DNA of 64,000 nt from the NCBI GenBank assembly GCA_021847485.1, contig JAJZRA010000001.1:20757-84756 (forward strand). Direction: 5' to 3'. The notes below the pieces were generated by a model. It ran no database searches, was not told where the DNA came from, and was given only the letters and a program-made list of their open reading frames with translations. Position numbers and translations under genes: made by a program. Source of the stretch: a bacterium (GTDB taxonomy: Bacteria; Elusimicrobiota; Elusimicrobia; Elusimicrobiales; UBA9959). The first letter of the stretch is position 1; each line of letters opens with the position of its first letter. Shown here piece by piece: positions 32,845-43,423 of this stretch.

Positions 32845-34668
32845 ATGAGAAAATACCATGCCCCTAAACTGGCGACGCCGGCCCTGCTGCTGGCCCTGCT
32901 GCTCGCCCCGACCGGCCAGTTCCTCCCGGAGCTTTCCGCCCAGGCAGGCCGCAGCGGCGGGGTCAGCCGCTCGATGGAGCAGGCCATCCGCCTCTACCAC
33001 GAGGGGCAGGACACCGAGGCGATGGACAGGTTCATGGATATCCTGGTCAAGGGCACGCCGTCGGAGAAGGCCCTCGCCAACGAGTACATCTCCAAGATAA
33101 CGCTGCGCATGAACACCGGCGTCAATACCGTCAAGGACCGCGGGGCCGAACCGTCCGCCCTGCACGAGGTCTCGGTGGCGAAGCCCCGCGATACGGGCGC
33201 GGGCCGCCCGGCGGACGACGTCAGGGGCGGCGACGACCGGGAAGAGGACGAGGGCGGCGCCGCGGAGGAGGGGGAGGCGCAGAAGGCGCGGGCTTCGGAG
33301 AAGATAACGGCCCGGATCGCCCAGATGCGCAGGGACCTGCTGCTGGAACTGGGCCGCGGCAACGCGGTCAAGATCTATATGGGCGATTCGATGCCGAAGG
33401 CCCTGACGCTGGACCCCGCTTACTTCTTCACCGGAGAGACCTCCTTCCGCCCCGGCAGCGACAAGACCCTGGCCGCCTTGGCGGGCCTGCTCTTCACGCT
33501 GGGCAAGGCCAACTGCCTGATCCTGCCGGAAGGCACGGCGGAGGGCGACGTAAAGATCCGCAGCATCCGCCGGGCGCTGGCCCTGAACTCCTATTTCGAG
33601 TCCCGCGGCATCTCCAAGTCCCGGCTGGAGGTCAACCTGACCGGGACCGGCGTCAGCTTCCCCCGGGAACTGACCAATATAAGCGGAATGGTCATCATCT
33701 TCGATTATGACAAGGCCCCGCTACTCAAGGACGAGGCGGACCCCAGGACGAAGGGGCCGCGCGTCTCTCTCGGCGTCTACCCCACTTCGATCTCCGTGCA
33801 GAAGAACGAAGGCGCCATAGTGGAGTTCTCCGTCTTCGAACCCCCTACCGGCTCCCCGACGTGGAAGTTCCAGGTCTTCCAGGTGCAGAAGGACGGTTCC
33901 CGGCTCCAGCTCCAGGAATTCTCCGGCTCCGGCCCCCAGTACAACCAGAGTTTCTGGAACGGCCGCAAGAAGTTCTTCGGCGCTCCCTACCCTTCGGGCA
34001 AGTACATGTTCACCGTGACCGCCTCCGACATCGAGGGCAGGGAGACCTCGCTGTCCCGGCTGCTGCTGGTCAAGCCCACCGCGGAGGAGGAGCGCGCCGC
34101 GCTGATGGCCAGGCCCGCCGCGCGTTCGGCCGAACGCAGGGAGACCGTGACCCCCTCGGGCGTCAAGGCCAGGGCGGTGACGAGGAAAGGCGCCGCGTTG
34201 AAAGGCAAGACCCTCAAGGGCAAGGCTCCAGCCAGGGTCAAGGGCAAGGGCGCCAAGACCCGCAAGAAGAAGCCGGCCGCGGCCGCTCCCCCGGCCGGGG
34301 ACTCCGCGGAGCCGCGGAACGGCGGCGAAGCTCCTTCCGGCGACTCCCAGCCCGCGGCCTTCTCGGGCCAGGTCAGCTACAAGATCTATTTCAAGGAGAA
34401 CACCACCAGCCTGACGGCCACCAGCGAGAAGCGCCTGGCCCAGGTGGCGGAGACCCTGGGCTACTATCCGATGGCCACCATAATCCTTACCGGCTACGCC
34501 TATTCCGGAGAGGCGAATGCGGACGCGGTGGCCGAGAGCCGGGCCGACTACGTCGCCGCCCGCCTGGCCGAAAAGTACAGGATAGACCGTTCCAGGATGG
34601 AGGTCAACTCAGCGGTCTCGGAAGTGCCGAAGAGTATCGTGGAGATAAAACTTGCCGGTAAGGAATAG
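32845..34668 (+). CDS. Exported OmpA-like peptidoglycan-binding domain protein
   Basis: Signal-like N-terminus, internal degenerate OmpA-like segment, FlgD-Ig-like WNG..GKY, C-terminal IYF..LTGY..SRA. Confidence 0.65.
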   Translation: MRKYHAPKLATPALLLALLLAPTGQFLPELSAQAGRSGGVSRSMEQAIRLYHEGQDTEAMDRFMDILVKGTPSEKALANEYISKITLRMNTGVNTVKDRGAEPSALHEVSVAKPRDTGAGRPADDVRGGDDREEDEGGAAEEGEAQKARASEKITARIAQMRRDLLLELGRGNAVKIYMGDSMPKALTLDPAYFFTGETSFRPGSDKTLAALAGLLFTLGKANCLILPEGTAEGDVKIRSIRRALALNSYFESRGISKSRLEVNLTGTGVSFPRELTNISGMVIIFDYDKAPLLKDEADPRTKGPRVSLGVYPTSISVQKNEGAIVEFSVFEPPTGSPTWKFQVFQVQKDGSRLQLQEFSGSGPQYNQSFWNGRKKFFGAPYPSGKYMFTVTASDIEGRETSLSRLLLVKPTAEEERAALMARPAARSAERRETVTPSGVKARAVTRKGAALKGKTLKGKAPARVKGKGAKTRKKKPAAAAPPAGDSAEPRNGGEAPSGDSQPAAFSGQVSYKIYFKENTTSLTATSEKRLAQVAETLGYYPMATIILTGYAYSGEANADAVAESRADYVAARLAEKYRIDRSRMEVNSAVSEVPKSIVEIKLAGKE

Positions 34669-34704
34669 ACAAATATCAACTATATTATTTAAAATCTAAA
34701 AGTT

Positions 34705-36279
34705 ATGGCTAAAACAGAAGGGAAGGCCTTTCTGGGCGTCTACGTTTCTCCGAAGGAGATCTCGATCGCCCAGATGAAGATAGGCAAGGACTCCAAACCG
34801 GAGCCCGAGCACCTCGTTACCTTCCCGACGGGCTTCGCGGTGAAGGAGGGGATGCTGCGCCCCCTGTCCCTCAACCACGAGTTCTTCAGCGAGAAGGCCC
34901 CCTGGCTGGCGCCTTTCAAGCAGGCCATCAAGAGCGTTTCCTGGGACACCTCTTCGGCCGTCGTGACGCTCTCCCCGCAGTTCGCGATCCTCCGCTATTT
35001 CGTGATGCCGGCCATCGAGCGCCGTTTCTGGAGCAAGTCGATCCCGCTCGAGTCCAAGAAGTACATCCCGGTCTCCTTCGAGGAGGTCGTCTACGATTTC
35101 AACGCCGTGCCCGCGGACGGCGGCAAGAAGCTGGGCGTGCTGTTCGGCCTGACCCAGCGCAAGAGCGTCGAGTTCCTGACCGAGACCCTCAAGTCCGCGG
35201 GGCTTACCCTGGCGGCCCTGGAGGTCAGCGCCGTCTCCCTTGAACGGCTGCTCGGTTTTACTGACGCCCAGGATCACGACGCGAAGGGCTACATCCATTT
35301 CGCCGCCGGCACCACGCTGATGATGTTCTCCCACGGCGGCTATCCGGTGCTGTACCGCGAGACGGATTCCGACGCCGGCGGCACTATGAGCGACCGCCGC
35401 CGCCTGGACATAAACGGCGCGGTCCAGTTCGTGGACCGCTATGTGGGCGGGAAGGACTACAAGAAGATCATGCTCAGCGGCGACGGCGCCGAGGGCGCCA
35501 AGCCCGCCGCCGAGAAGGAAGCCGCGCCGATAGCCGTGGAGGTCTGGGACTGCGCCAAGACCTGCGGCCTGAAGGGCAACGAGGCCGCCGGGCTCTTCGC
35601 GGCGGGCGCCGCGCTGCGCGAGCGGGTCCCGGGCCGCCTGAAGCTGGACGTCTCGGGCGTCAGCACCGCCGCCGCGCTCGAGAAACAGGTGCAGTCCTAC
35701 GTCTGGAACGTCACCTTCATGCTCGGCGGGTTCCTTCTGCTCCTCGCGCTGATCGCCCAAGCCAGGCTCATGATGATCAATTCCCGCCTGGTCGGCCTGA
35801 ACTCCAGGGTGATGGACGTCTCGGAACTGGAGGGCAGCGACGCCGACACCATACGGGCGAAGATAGAGCGGATACAGGCGGACGCCAAGATGCTCACGTC
35901 CCTCACGCAGGACGCTAATACCCTGGCGCCCAAGCTTTCCGCCATCGCCGACCAGATCCCCCAGCCCCTCTGGATCGTAGATATCAACTACTCGAGCCCG
36001 CTGGGAGTGTCCGAGGCGATGGGCTCCTCCACCGAGCTGAAACTGGTCGGGGAGACCTTCCTCAAGGGCGAGGCCAAGATGCGCGCCGTCGACGCGTTCA
36101 CCAAGGCCCTGAAGGCCACGCCGGAGTTCAAGCCTTTCACGCCGCCGGCCGGGAGGATGGACAGCACTACGGACGCCGAGAGTTCCCAGCCCGGGATGGC
36201 GACGCCGTCCGGGGAGGACCCGCTGGCCCCTAAGCCGGGCGGCTTCTCGGTGACCTGCGTCGCCAACAAGAGGAACTAG
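34705..36279 (+). CDS. PilM-PilN-like fused alignment protein
   Basis: Actin-like N-terminal domain (YIPV..EVVYDF, LSGDG), one TM helix, PilN-like IPQPLWI; first gene of pilMNOPQ-type order. Confidence 0.7.
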   Translation: MAKTEGKAFLGVYVSPKEISIAQMKIGKDSKPEPEHLVTFPTGFAVKEGMLRPLSLNHEFFSEKAPWLAPFKQAIKSVSWDTSSAVVTLSPQFAILRYFVMPAIERRFWSKSIPLESKKYIPVSFEEVVYDFNAVPADGGKKLGVLFGLTQRKSVEFLTETLKSAGLTLAALEVSAVSLERLLGFTDAQDHDAKGYIHFAAGTTLMMFSHGGYPVLYRETDSDAGGTMSDRRRLDINGAVQFVDRYVGGKDYKKIMLSGDGAEGAKPAAEKEAAPIAVEVWDCAKTCGLKGNEAAGLFAAGAALRERVPGRLKLDVSGVSTAAALEKQVQSYVWNVTFMLGGFLLLLALIAQARLMMINSRLVGLNSRVMDVSELEGSDADTIRAKIERIQADAKMLTSLTQDANTLAPKLSAIADQIPQPLWIVDINYSSPLGVSEAMGSSTELKLVGETFLKGEAKMRAVDAFTKALKATPEFKPFTPPAGRMDSTTDAESSQPGMATPSGEDPLAPKPGGFSVTCVANKRN

Positions 36280-36281
36280 AT

Positions 36282-36881
36282 ATGACGCCGCTCATAACTT
36301 CCCTGCTGGCCAAGGCCCGGTCCTTCTTCAAGGACATGGCGGATAACGTCATGATCATCTACGGGGAGAAGGGGATAGAGCCTTTCAAGAAGCCGCTGAT
36401 GATAGCCCTTCCTACGCTGCTGGTGCTCTACGCCGGCGTCTACAGCCCGCTCGGCTCGAAGCTCTCCGCGGCCAAGACCAAGCTGGAAGTGCTTACCGTG
36501 GTGGCGCAGTACGCCTCCGATTACCAGGACGCCAAGACCAGGCTGTCCGCCTACCAGCGCAGGCTGCCGCTGCTCAAGGACAAGGACGAGTGGCTTAACT
36601 ACATCATCACCAGCACGGCGCGCTCCTACGGCATCTCTTTCGACGGGGTCAGCGGCCAGAAGGAGTCCGAGATCGGCAATTTCCTGGTGGTCTCGCGCGA
36701 GGTCACGGTGACCACCACCTACGCCAAGCTCGGTAAATGGCTGGCAGAGATAGAGAATTCCCCGATCTTCCTGAGGGTCATCGAGCTGGACGCCCGCCGC
36801 GACGCCAATAACCCCGGCACGGTAAAGGTCACGTTCCGCCTGGCCACCGTCTTCCCGCGGTTCCAGGGGGGGAGGGGCTGA
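36282..36881 (+). CDS. pilO: PilO/GspM-like protein
   Basis: TM helix + coiled coil + RLP.., TYAKLGKWLAEIE; position in operon. Confidence 0.7.
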   Translation: MTPLITSLLAKARSFFKDMADNVMIIYGEKGIEPFKKPLMIALPTLLVLYAGVYSPLGSKLSAAKTKLEVLTVVAQYASDYQDAKTRLSAYQRRLPLLKDKDEWLNYIITSTARSYGISFDGVSGQKESEIGNFLVVSREVTVTTTYAKLGKWLAEIENSPIFLRVIELDARRDANNPGTVKVTFRLATVFPRFQGGRG

Positions 36882-36882
36882 T

Positions 36883-37611
36883 ATGAAGAGCCTTACCTCC
36901 ATGCTGGGCTGGCTGCTGCTGCTGGCGGTGCTGGCGGTGCCGTCTTTCCTTTTCTATAACTGGTGGACCAAGAGCAGGCAGCAGACCTCCTCCGAACTGG
37001 CGCAGGAACCGGTGCAGGCCAACATCTTCCCGTCCTCCGAGAAGGCCGCGCCCGCCGCCCCGCCGGCCCGGTCCACCGCTCCCGCGCCTTCCCCCGAGGT
37101 CCAGCCCGGCCCCAAGGCCGCGCAGGAGAGTGCTTCCCAGCCGGCGGCCGCCACCCGCCCCGCGGCGCAGCAGGCCGCCCGGCAGCCCGCGCCGCAGCAG
37201 CCCGCGCCCCAGCCGCCGGCCCCCGCTTCCCAACCGGCGCAGGTCCAGCAGTCCAGCGCGCCGGCCCGCTCGGTCGCGGTCTCCACCGCGCCTAAGCCGG
37301 TTTCTTACTACGACCCGAAGACCGACCGCGATCCCACCCTTTCGCCTGCCGACTACAGCAAGATCAAAAAGCTCGAGCTGGAGCGCCTGGAGGCGGCCCG
37401 CCAGGCGCGCCTGGCGGCTTTACATCGTCCTTCCGAGCCGACCATCGAGAGCCGCCTGCTGCTCCAGGGGATAATAGGCAACGCGGCCATCATAAACGGG
37501 GACATGTATTACGCCGGGCAGTCGGTGCGGGGCGCCAAGATACTTAAGATCGGCGCCAATTACGTCATATTGGAATACAAGGGCCGCAGGTTCCGGAAGG
37601 TGCTCAGGTAG
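36883..37611 (+). CDS. PilP/GspC-like protein with Pro/Ala/Gln linker
   Basis: TM helix, low-complexity linker, RDP, LQGII..AIING; sits before the secretin. Confidence 0.6.
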   Translation: MKSLTSMLGWLLLLAVLAVPSFLFYNWWTKSRQQTSSELAQEPVQANIFPSSEKAAPAAPPARSTAPAPSPEVQPGPKAAQESASQPAAATRPAAQQAARQPAPQQPAPQPPAPASQPAQVQQSSAPARSVAVSTAPKPVSYYDPKTDRDPTLSPADYSKIKKLELERLEAARQARLAALHRPSEPTIESRLLLQGIIGNAAIINGDMYYAGQSVRGAKILKIGANYVILEYKGRRFRKVLR

Positions 37612-37675
37612 CGGCTCTGGCCCCGGCCCGGGAACTTAACATATAATGAATGTCAGGGAGCCTCACGGAGGAGCT

Positions 37676-39400
37676 ATGAAAACCTTGAAAATTATGCTGG
37701 CGCTGGCGCTGGCGCTGGAACAGGTGGTCTTTCCCGTCTCGTACCTGTTCGCGCAGGACGAGGTGCCCTCCGCGGACAAGAACTTCGCGCAGGACCTCCA
37801 GGGGCCTTCCGGGGACGAGGGCGGCCCGATCATGGAGGGCCAGGCCTCCCAGTCGGCCGAGGCGGCCCCTCCCGCCACGATGCCGCAGGCCCAGACCCCG
37901 GGGTCCCCGATAGAGTCCGTCCAGATCGGCGGCGCCGCGCCGAAGGACGCCCCGATGTACGAGGACGCCGAGTCCGTCTCGCCGCTCGACCGCAAGATCG
38001 GCCCGATCCGCCTCAAGGGCGCGCCGCTCTCCACCTTTCTCGACGTGGTTTCCGCCCAGTCCAAGGTCAACTTCATCATCACCGAGGGCCTGGAATCCAA
38101 AACGATCACCGTGTTCCTGCGCAAGACCACCGTCCGCGAGGCCCTCGAACTGCTGCTGCGCGTCAAAGGCCTGACCTACCAGCGCATCGGCAAGAGCAAT
38201 ACCTACGTCGTGCAGAAGCGTTCGGCCGATATGCCGAACCTGATCACCAAGATCTATACCCTCAACTATATCCCGCTGATCCCGATCACCTCTATCGGCG
38301 AGGAGCTCGCGTCCATCACCTCCCAGGACGTTTCCTCCAACGTGGATCAGAACCAGCAGCAGGGCGGCGGGCAGGGCAACGCCCTCAAGAGCGCCGACAG
38401 CAACATCGCCATCCTCGGCATCGTGCGCAGCGTGCTTTCCAAGAAGTACGGCAAGCTCGCCACCGACCCGCGCACCAACACGCTGATCATCACCGACGTG
38501 CCGGAGGTCTTCCCGCAGGTCGAGCAGATCATCGCCGAGCTGGATAAGAAAGCCCCGCAGATCCTGATCGAGGCCCAGATCGTGGAGATCAACACCGACC
38601 GCATGAACGAGCTCGGCATCGAGTGGGGCGGCAGCCGCGGCGAGATGGCCTTCTTCGCCGGCCCTGCCCGCCTGACCGACTACGGTCTGCGGCCCGGCTT
38701 CTATTCCGGCGACCAGTGGAAGAAGTTCTTCCCGGTCACGCAGGATATCGGCACCGCCGCCTCGGGCAGCTCCGGCGGCAGCTCCGGCGGCTCCATCGAC
38801 CCGCTCTTCTCCACCGGCCAGCAGAGCTCGAAGGGCGTCTACTACGGCATCTTCAGCCTCGCGCAGCTGCAGGCCATCTTCCGCGCGCTGATCTCGAAGG
38901 GCGAGGCCCGCTACCTCGGCAAGCCCAAGATCGTCGCGATGAACAACAAGACCGCGCTGATCACGATAGCCAAGGACGCCGCGATGGGCACGCAGAGCAC
39001 CGTCGCCTCGGCCGGCGGCTCCTCCGGCACGCAGTCCACCGGCGTGGAGCGCCGCCGCATCGGCCTCGTGCTCAAGGTCACGCCCCAGGTCAACAAGGAA
39101 GGGTTCATCACGATGATCGTGCAGCCCGCCTACGCCGACATGGTCGCTTCGGCCGTCACCGTGCAGGGGTCCACCGTCTACGACCCGGTCAGCCGCGGCG
39201 CCTCGACGATGGTGCGCGTCAAGAACGGGCAGACCGTGGTCATCGGCGGCATGCTCGCTTCCACCGAGAACAAGACCATCAAGAAGGTGCCGCTGCTGGG
39301 CTACATCCCGATCATCGGCTGGCTGTTCACGAGCGTGAGTTCCAGGCGGACCAACACCGACCTGGTCATGTTCCTGACCCCGACCATACTGGTCGACTAG
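37676..39400 (+). CDS. pilQ: Secretin (PilQ/GspD family)
   Basis: DPRTNTLIITD, QILIEAQIVE, LKVTPQV, GQTVVIGG, KVPLLGYIPIIGWLF. Confidence 0.9.
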   Translation: MKTLKIMLALALALEQVVFPVSYLFAQDEVPSADKNFAQDLQGPSGDEGGPIMEGQASQSAEAAPPATMPQAQTPGSPIESVQIGGAAPKDAPMYEDAESVSPLDRKIGPIRLKGAPLSTFLDVVSAQSKVNFIITEGLESKTITVFLRKTTVREALELLLRVKGLTYQRIGKSNTYVVQKRSADMPNLITKIYTLNYIPLIPITSIGEELASITSQDVSSNVDQNQQQGGGQGNALKSADSNIAILGIVRSVLSKKYGKLATDPRTNTLIITDVPEVFPQVEQIIAELDKKAPQILIEAQIVEINTDRMNELGIEWGGSRGEMAFFAGPARLTDYGLRPGFYSGDQWKKFFPVTQDIGTAASGSSGGSSGGSIDPLFSTGQQSSKGVYYGIFSLAQLQAIFRALISKGEARYLGKPKIVAMNNKTALITIAKDAAMGTQSTVASAGGSSGTQSTGVERRRIGLVLKVTPQVNKEGFITMIVQPAYADMVASAVTVQGSTVYDPVSRGASTMVRVKNGQTVVIGGMLASTENKTIKKVPLLGYIPIIGWLFTSVSSRRTNTDLVMFLTPTILVD

Positions 39401-39406
39401 GACGTT

Positions 39407-41155
39407 ATGGCAGGCAAGAGACTCGGCGAGATAATGGTCCAGTCCGGCTGGATCGACGAGGACAAGCTCAACAAGGCCCTCAAGGTCCAGCAACTGCAGG
39501 GGGGGCTGATAGGCGAGGTCCTCATCAAGCTCCACTACGCCACCGAGGAGCAGGTGGCGCAGGCCCTCGGGCGCCAGCTCGGCATCACCTACGCCTCCCG
39601 CGAGAACCAGATCCTTAACCCCGAGAAGGGCCAGGGCCTGGAGAAGTCCATTCCCGAGAAGTTCGCGCGCGACAACGCGGTGGTCCCGCTGTTCATCGAG
39701 AACAACACGCTCGCCGTGGCGATGACGGACCCGACCAACATCCTGATGCTGGACAACATCAAGCTCGTGTCCGGCATGGAGATCACGCCGTTCATAGCCA
39801 CCAAGGCGCAGATCCTCAAGGTCATAGACTCCTTCTACCAGGGCCAGACCAACCTGATCGACAAGGTCATAGAGAAGGGCGCGGGCCAGGGCCAGGGGGA
39901 GATGTCCGACGCCGACGTCATAACGCCGGACGGCAAGCTGGACCTGGACAAGGTCATCATCGGCGAGTCCAAGGGCGCCCAGAGCATCAAGCTCGTCAAC
40001 GCCATCATGAAGCAGGCGATCAGCGAGCGCACCTCGGACATCCACCTGGAGAAGTTCGACGAGAAGGTCTCGCTGAGGCTGCGCATCGACGGCGTGCTCT
40101 ACGAGCGCAGCGCGCCGCCGGCCGACCTCGTGGACGCCATGATCTCCCGCGTGAAGATCCTCTCCAAGCTCGACATCTCCGAGCGCCGCCTGCCGCAGGA
40201 CGGCAGCTTCTCGATCAAGTACCAGAACCGCATCATCGAGATCCGCGTCAGCGTCTGCCCGACCGTGTTCGGCGAGAAGCTGGTCATGCGTATCCTCGAC
40301 AAGGGCTCGGTGGAGCTCAACATCAACATCATCGGCTTCGAACAGCGCCAGAAGGACGACTTCCTGAAGGCCGCCCAGGCCCCGAACGGCCTGATCTTCC
40401 TGACCGGCCCGACCGGCTCCGGCAAGACGACGACGCTCAACGCCGTGCTGAACACGATCAAGTCCCCCGAGATCAACATCATGACGCTGGAGGACCCCGT
40501 CGAAATAAAGATGGAGGGCATCAGCCAGGTGCAGATCAAGCCGCAGATCGGCCTGACCTTCGCCAGCGGCCTGCGCTCGTTCCTCCGCCAGGACCCCGAC
40601 GTCATCCTCGTCGGCGAGGTCCGCGACAACGAGACCGCCGAAGCCTGCCTCAAGGCGGCCATGACCGGCCACCTCGTGCTCTCGACGCTGCATACCAACA
40701 GCGCGCTCGAGGCCGTGCCGCGCCTTTTGGACATGGGCATCGAGAAGTACCTGCTCGCGAGCACGCTGCTCTGCCTGGCCGCGCAGCGCCTCGTGCGCCA
40801 GCTCTGCCCCGACTGCAAGACGCCCTACCGGCCCTCGCAGCAGGAGATCGACCAGTTCGCGGCGGAGTCCATGCTGAACCCGCTGCCGGACCTGACCAAG
40901 CTGACTTTCTACAAGCCGCGCGGCTGCCCGAAGTGCTTCAACATGGGCTATAAGGGCCGCAAGGCCATCTACGAGGTCTATTTCAACACCGAGGCCATGA
41001 AGAGCATCATCTACAGGGACGCCGACGTGCAGAAGCTCTCCGTGGAGGCCGCCAAGGGCGGCGCCTGGAACCTGCGCGCCAGCGGCTGGCGCAAGGTGCT
41101 GGCCGGCGTGACCTCCGTTGAGGACATGCTTTCCGTTACCGTCACCGAGCGGTAA
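39407..41155 (+). CDS. pilB: Pilus assembly ATPase PilB/GspE with MshEN domain
   Basis: RLGEIMVQSGWI...L..AL..Q MshEN motif; GPTGSGKT; LRQDPD; GHLVLSTLH; tetra-Cys. Confidence 0.92.
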   Translation: MAGKRLGEIMVQSGWIDEDKLNKALKVQQLQGGLIGEVLIKLHYATEEQVAQALGRQLGITYASRENQILNPEKGQGLEKSIPEKFARDNAVVPLFIENNTLAVAMTDPTNILMLDNIKLVSGMEITPFIATKAQILKVIDSFYQGQTNLIDKVIEKGAGQGQGEMSDADVITPDGKLDLDKVIIGESKGAQSIKLVNAIMKQAISERTSDIHLEKFDEKVSLRLRIDGVLYERSAPPADLVDAMISRVKILSKLDISERRLPQDGSFSIKYQNRIIEIRVSVCPTVFGEKLVMRILDKGSVELNINIIGFEQRQKDDFLKAAQAPNGLIFLTGPTGSGKTTTLNAVLNTIKSPEINIMTLEDPVEIKMEGISQVQIKPQIGLTFASGLRSFLRQDPDVILVGEVRDNETAEACLKAAMTGHLVLSTLHTNSALEAVPRLLDMGIEKYLLASTLLCLAAQRLVRQLCPDCKTPYRPSQQEIDQFAAESMLNPLPDLTKLTFYKPRGCPKCFNMGYKGRKAIYEVYFNTEAMKSIIYRDADVQKLSVEAAKGGAWNLRASGWRKVLAGVTSVEDMLSVTVTER

Positions 41156-41203
41156 GGCTTGGAACGGACGCGGTATTTTTTGTAGATTGACTGACGGGGA
41201 GAT

Positions 41204-42430
41204 ATGGGAAGATTCATCTATACCGTACAGGACGCCCAGGGCACGGTCACGACCGGCGCCGTGGACGCCGACGACGAGGACGGCGCGGTACAGTCCCTGC
41301 AGACCAAGGGGCTGTTCATCCTCTCCATCCAGTCCGAGAGCGTAAAGTCCAAGGGCATCCTCAACATCAAGAAGATAAGCGGCGGGGGGAAGGTCTCCGG
41401 CCGCGAGATGGTGTTCTTCGGCGAGCAGATGGCCACGCTGCTCGGCGGCGGCATCCCGCTGGTCCGCGCGCTCTCGCTCCTGAGCGAGCACGCCGAGAAC
41501 AAGGCCCTCGGCGTGGTGCTCTCGTCCGTGACCAAGGAGGTCTCGGCCGGCGGCGCGCTCCATAAGGCGCTCGAGAAGCACCCGAAGGTCTTCGACGAGA
41601 TCTGGATCTCGCTGGTGCAGGCCGGCGAGGTCTCCGGCCAGCTGCCGACCGTGCTGCGCCAGATCACCACCTACAACGAGGCGCAGGAGAACATCAAGTC
41701 CAAGATCGTCACCGCCCTGGCCTACCCGGCCGTGCTGATGACGATGTCCATCGGCGTGCTGATCTACTTCATCGTCTACATCGTGCCGGTCTTCGCCGAC
41801 ATCTTCAAGGACTTCAACCTCCAGCTGCCGCTGATCACCCGCGTCATCATGGCCGTCTCGGCCGTGATCACCAAATACCTGGTCTTCATGATCGTGCTCG
41901 GGATAGGCGGCATCTTCGGCTTCCGCGCCTATATCGCCACGCCGCCGGGCCGGCTGACCTGGAACCACATCCAGTTCGGCATTCCCTTCTTCGGCGGCCT
42001 GATCCGCAGCATGCAGATCGAGCGCATGCTGACGACGATGGCCACGCTGATCCGCTCGGGCGTCAGCATCCTGAACTCGGTCTCGGTGCTCGAGGGCGCC
42101 TTCAGGAAGAACATGATCTTCCAGAACGCGCTGAAGCAGGCCAAGAACGACATCGCCAGCGGCCGGTCGATCTCGGAGTCCTTCAAGAAGACCGGCATCT
42201 TCCCGCCTATGGTCACCGAGATGATGTGGATGGGAGAGGAGTCCGGCAAGCTGCCGGACATCATCGTCGTGCTGTCCAAGTACTACCAGGAGCAGATCGA
42301 CCAGTTCATCCGCCGCTTCTCCTCCATGGTGGACCCGATCCTGGTCGTCGGCATCGGCGGCGTGATCGCCGTCATCGTGATGAGCATCTTCATGCCCATC
42401 TTCCAGCTGTCGCAGATCGGCGCCGGCTGA
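41204..42430 (+). CDS. pilC: Platform protein PilC/GspF
   Basis: GIPLVRAL, AGEVSGQL, ALAYP, GEESGKL. Confidence 0.92.
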   Translation: MGRFIYTVQDAQGTVTTGAVDADDEDGAVQSLQTKGLFILSIQSESVKSKGILNIKKISGGGKVSGREMVFFGEQMATLLGGGIPLVRALSLLSEHAENKALGVVLSSVTKEVSAGGALHKALEKHPKVFDEIWISLVQAGEVSGQLPTVLRQITTYNEAQENIKSKIVTALAYPAVLMTMSIGVLIYFIVYIVPVFADIFKDFNLQLPLITRVIMAVSAVITKYLVFMIVLGIGGIFGFRAYIATPPGRLTWNHIQFGIPFFGGLIRSMQIERMLTTMATLIRSGVSILNSVSVLEGAFRKNMIFQNALKQAKNDIASGRSISESFKKTGIFPPMVTEMMWMGEESGKLPDIIVVLSKYYQEQIDQFIRRFSSMVDPILVVGIGGVIAVIVMSIFMPIFQLSQIGAG

Positions 42431-42463
42431 CGGTCAGCGGGCGGCCGCAAGCAGGAGAAAAAA

Positions 42464-42958
42464 ATGAACAGAAAAGGCTTTACGCTGATAGAGCTGATGG
42501 TGGTGGTGCTGATCATGGGCATCCTGGCCTCGATGGGCATCCCCTACTACTACAAGACTATCGAGACCTCCCGCGCCGGCGACGCCGTGGCGCTGGGCCA
42601 CCTGATCGCCAACGCCAACCGGATGTACAACATCGATAGGCCCGGCTCCCCGATCAGCGGCGGCATCACGAACGGCTGCAACACCCAGACCTGCACCACC
42701 GCCACCGGCGCCTGCATCCTGATAGCCTGCAGCTACGTCGCCGCTCAGGACTGGAACGGCGGTTCCTACGACTTCTACGCCTGCAACGGCGCCACCGGGG
42801 GGCCCTGCTGCGGCAACGGCGGCGTCGGCGAGACCGGCGTCTCCTGCGCCAGGCGCAAGTCCGGGGTCGGTTTCCCTTACGCTAACTGGGGCTACCAGTT
42901 CTACAGCAGCGGCCGCTGCTACGCGGTGGGGGGCGCGCCGAGCTGTCCCAAGTTCTGA
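42464..42958 (+). CDS. Type IV pilin, Cys-rich
   Basis: KG|FTLIELMVVV class III signal; 10 Cys in the mature domain. Confidence 0.9.
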   Translation: MNRKGFTLIELMVVVLIMGILASMGIPYYYKTIETSRAGDAVALGHLIANANRMYNIDRPGSPISGGITNGCNTQTCTTATGACILIACSYVAAQDWNGGSYDFYACNGATGGPCCGNGGVGETGVSCARRKSGVGFPYANWGYQFYSSGRCYAVGGAPSCPKF

Positions 42959-42959
42959 T

Positions 42960-43421
42960 ATGACGCGGAGAAGGCCCGGCCAGACCCTTGTCGAGGTGGT
43001 AATGGCGACCATGATAGCCGCCATGACGACCACGGCCGTCTTTTCCGTCATCCTCTCCAGTTTCGTCGGAGGCGCGAAGGCCGACAAGCGCGACACGGCG
43101 GCGGCCATCATGCGCCGCGCGCAGGAGACGCTCCGGAGCTACGTGAGCGTGGACCCTTATAACTCGGTTTATTCGGCCGGCCCTTTAGGCAGCCCCGGCC
43201 GCTGGCCGGCGGACAACTCCGGCACCTGGGCGCTGCGCGCGGGCCCTCACGATATTTCCTCGCTGCTGACCGGCACGCCGCTGGCCGGCGCGGGCGCGTC
43301 TTTTACGTACACGGTTGCCAACAGCGACTGCCTGGGCCTGATCCCGGCTGGCGGGGATCTGGGCCCGAACGGGGAGTTCGCCTGCAAGACGGTGGTGTTC
43401 AATCTCGTCTACCCGGACTGA
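42960..43421 (+). CDS. Minor pilin (PilV-like)
   Basis: RRPG|QTLVEVVMA prepilin-like motif. Confidence 0.75.
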   Translation: MTRRRPGQTLVEVVMATMIAAMTTTAVFSVILSSFVGGAKADKRDTAAAIMRRAQETLRSYVSVDPYNSVYSAGPLGSPGRWPADNSGTWALRAGPHDISSLLTGTPLAGAGASFTYTVANSDCLGLIPAGGDLGPNGEFACKTVVFNLVYPD

Positions 43422-43423
43422 CC

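Noticed and set aside
36990-37300. Pro/Ala/Gln-rich repeats (also the FKBP PAK tail near 23760-23860)
   Set aside because: Ordinary low-complexity protein linkers, not DNA repeat elements
37604-41968. 1454-aa minus-strand ORF
   Set aside because: Mirror frame of pilQ/pilB/pilC with no domain motifs of its own
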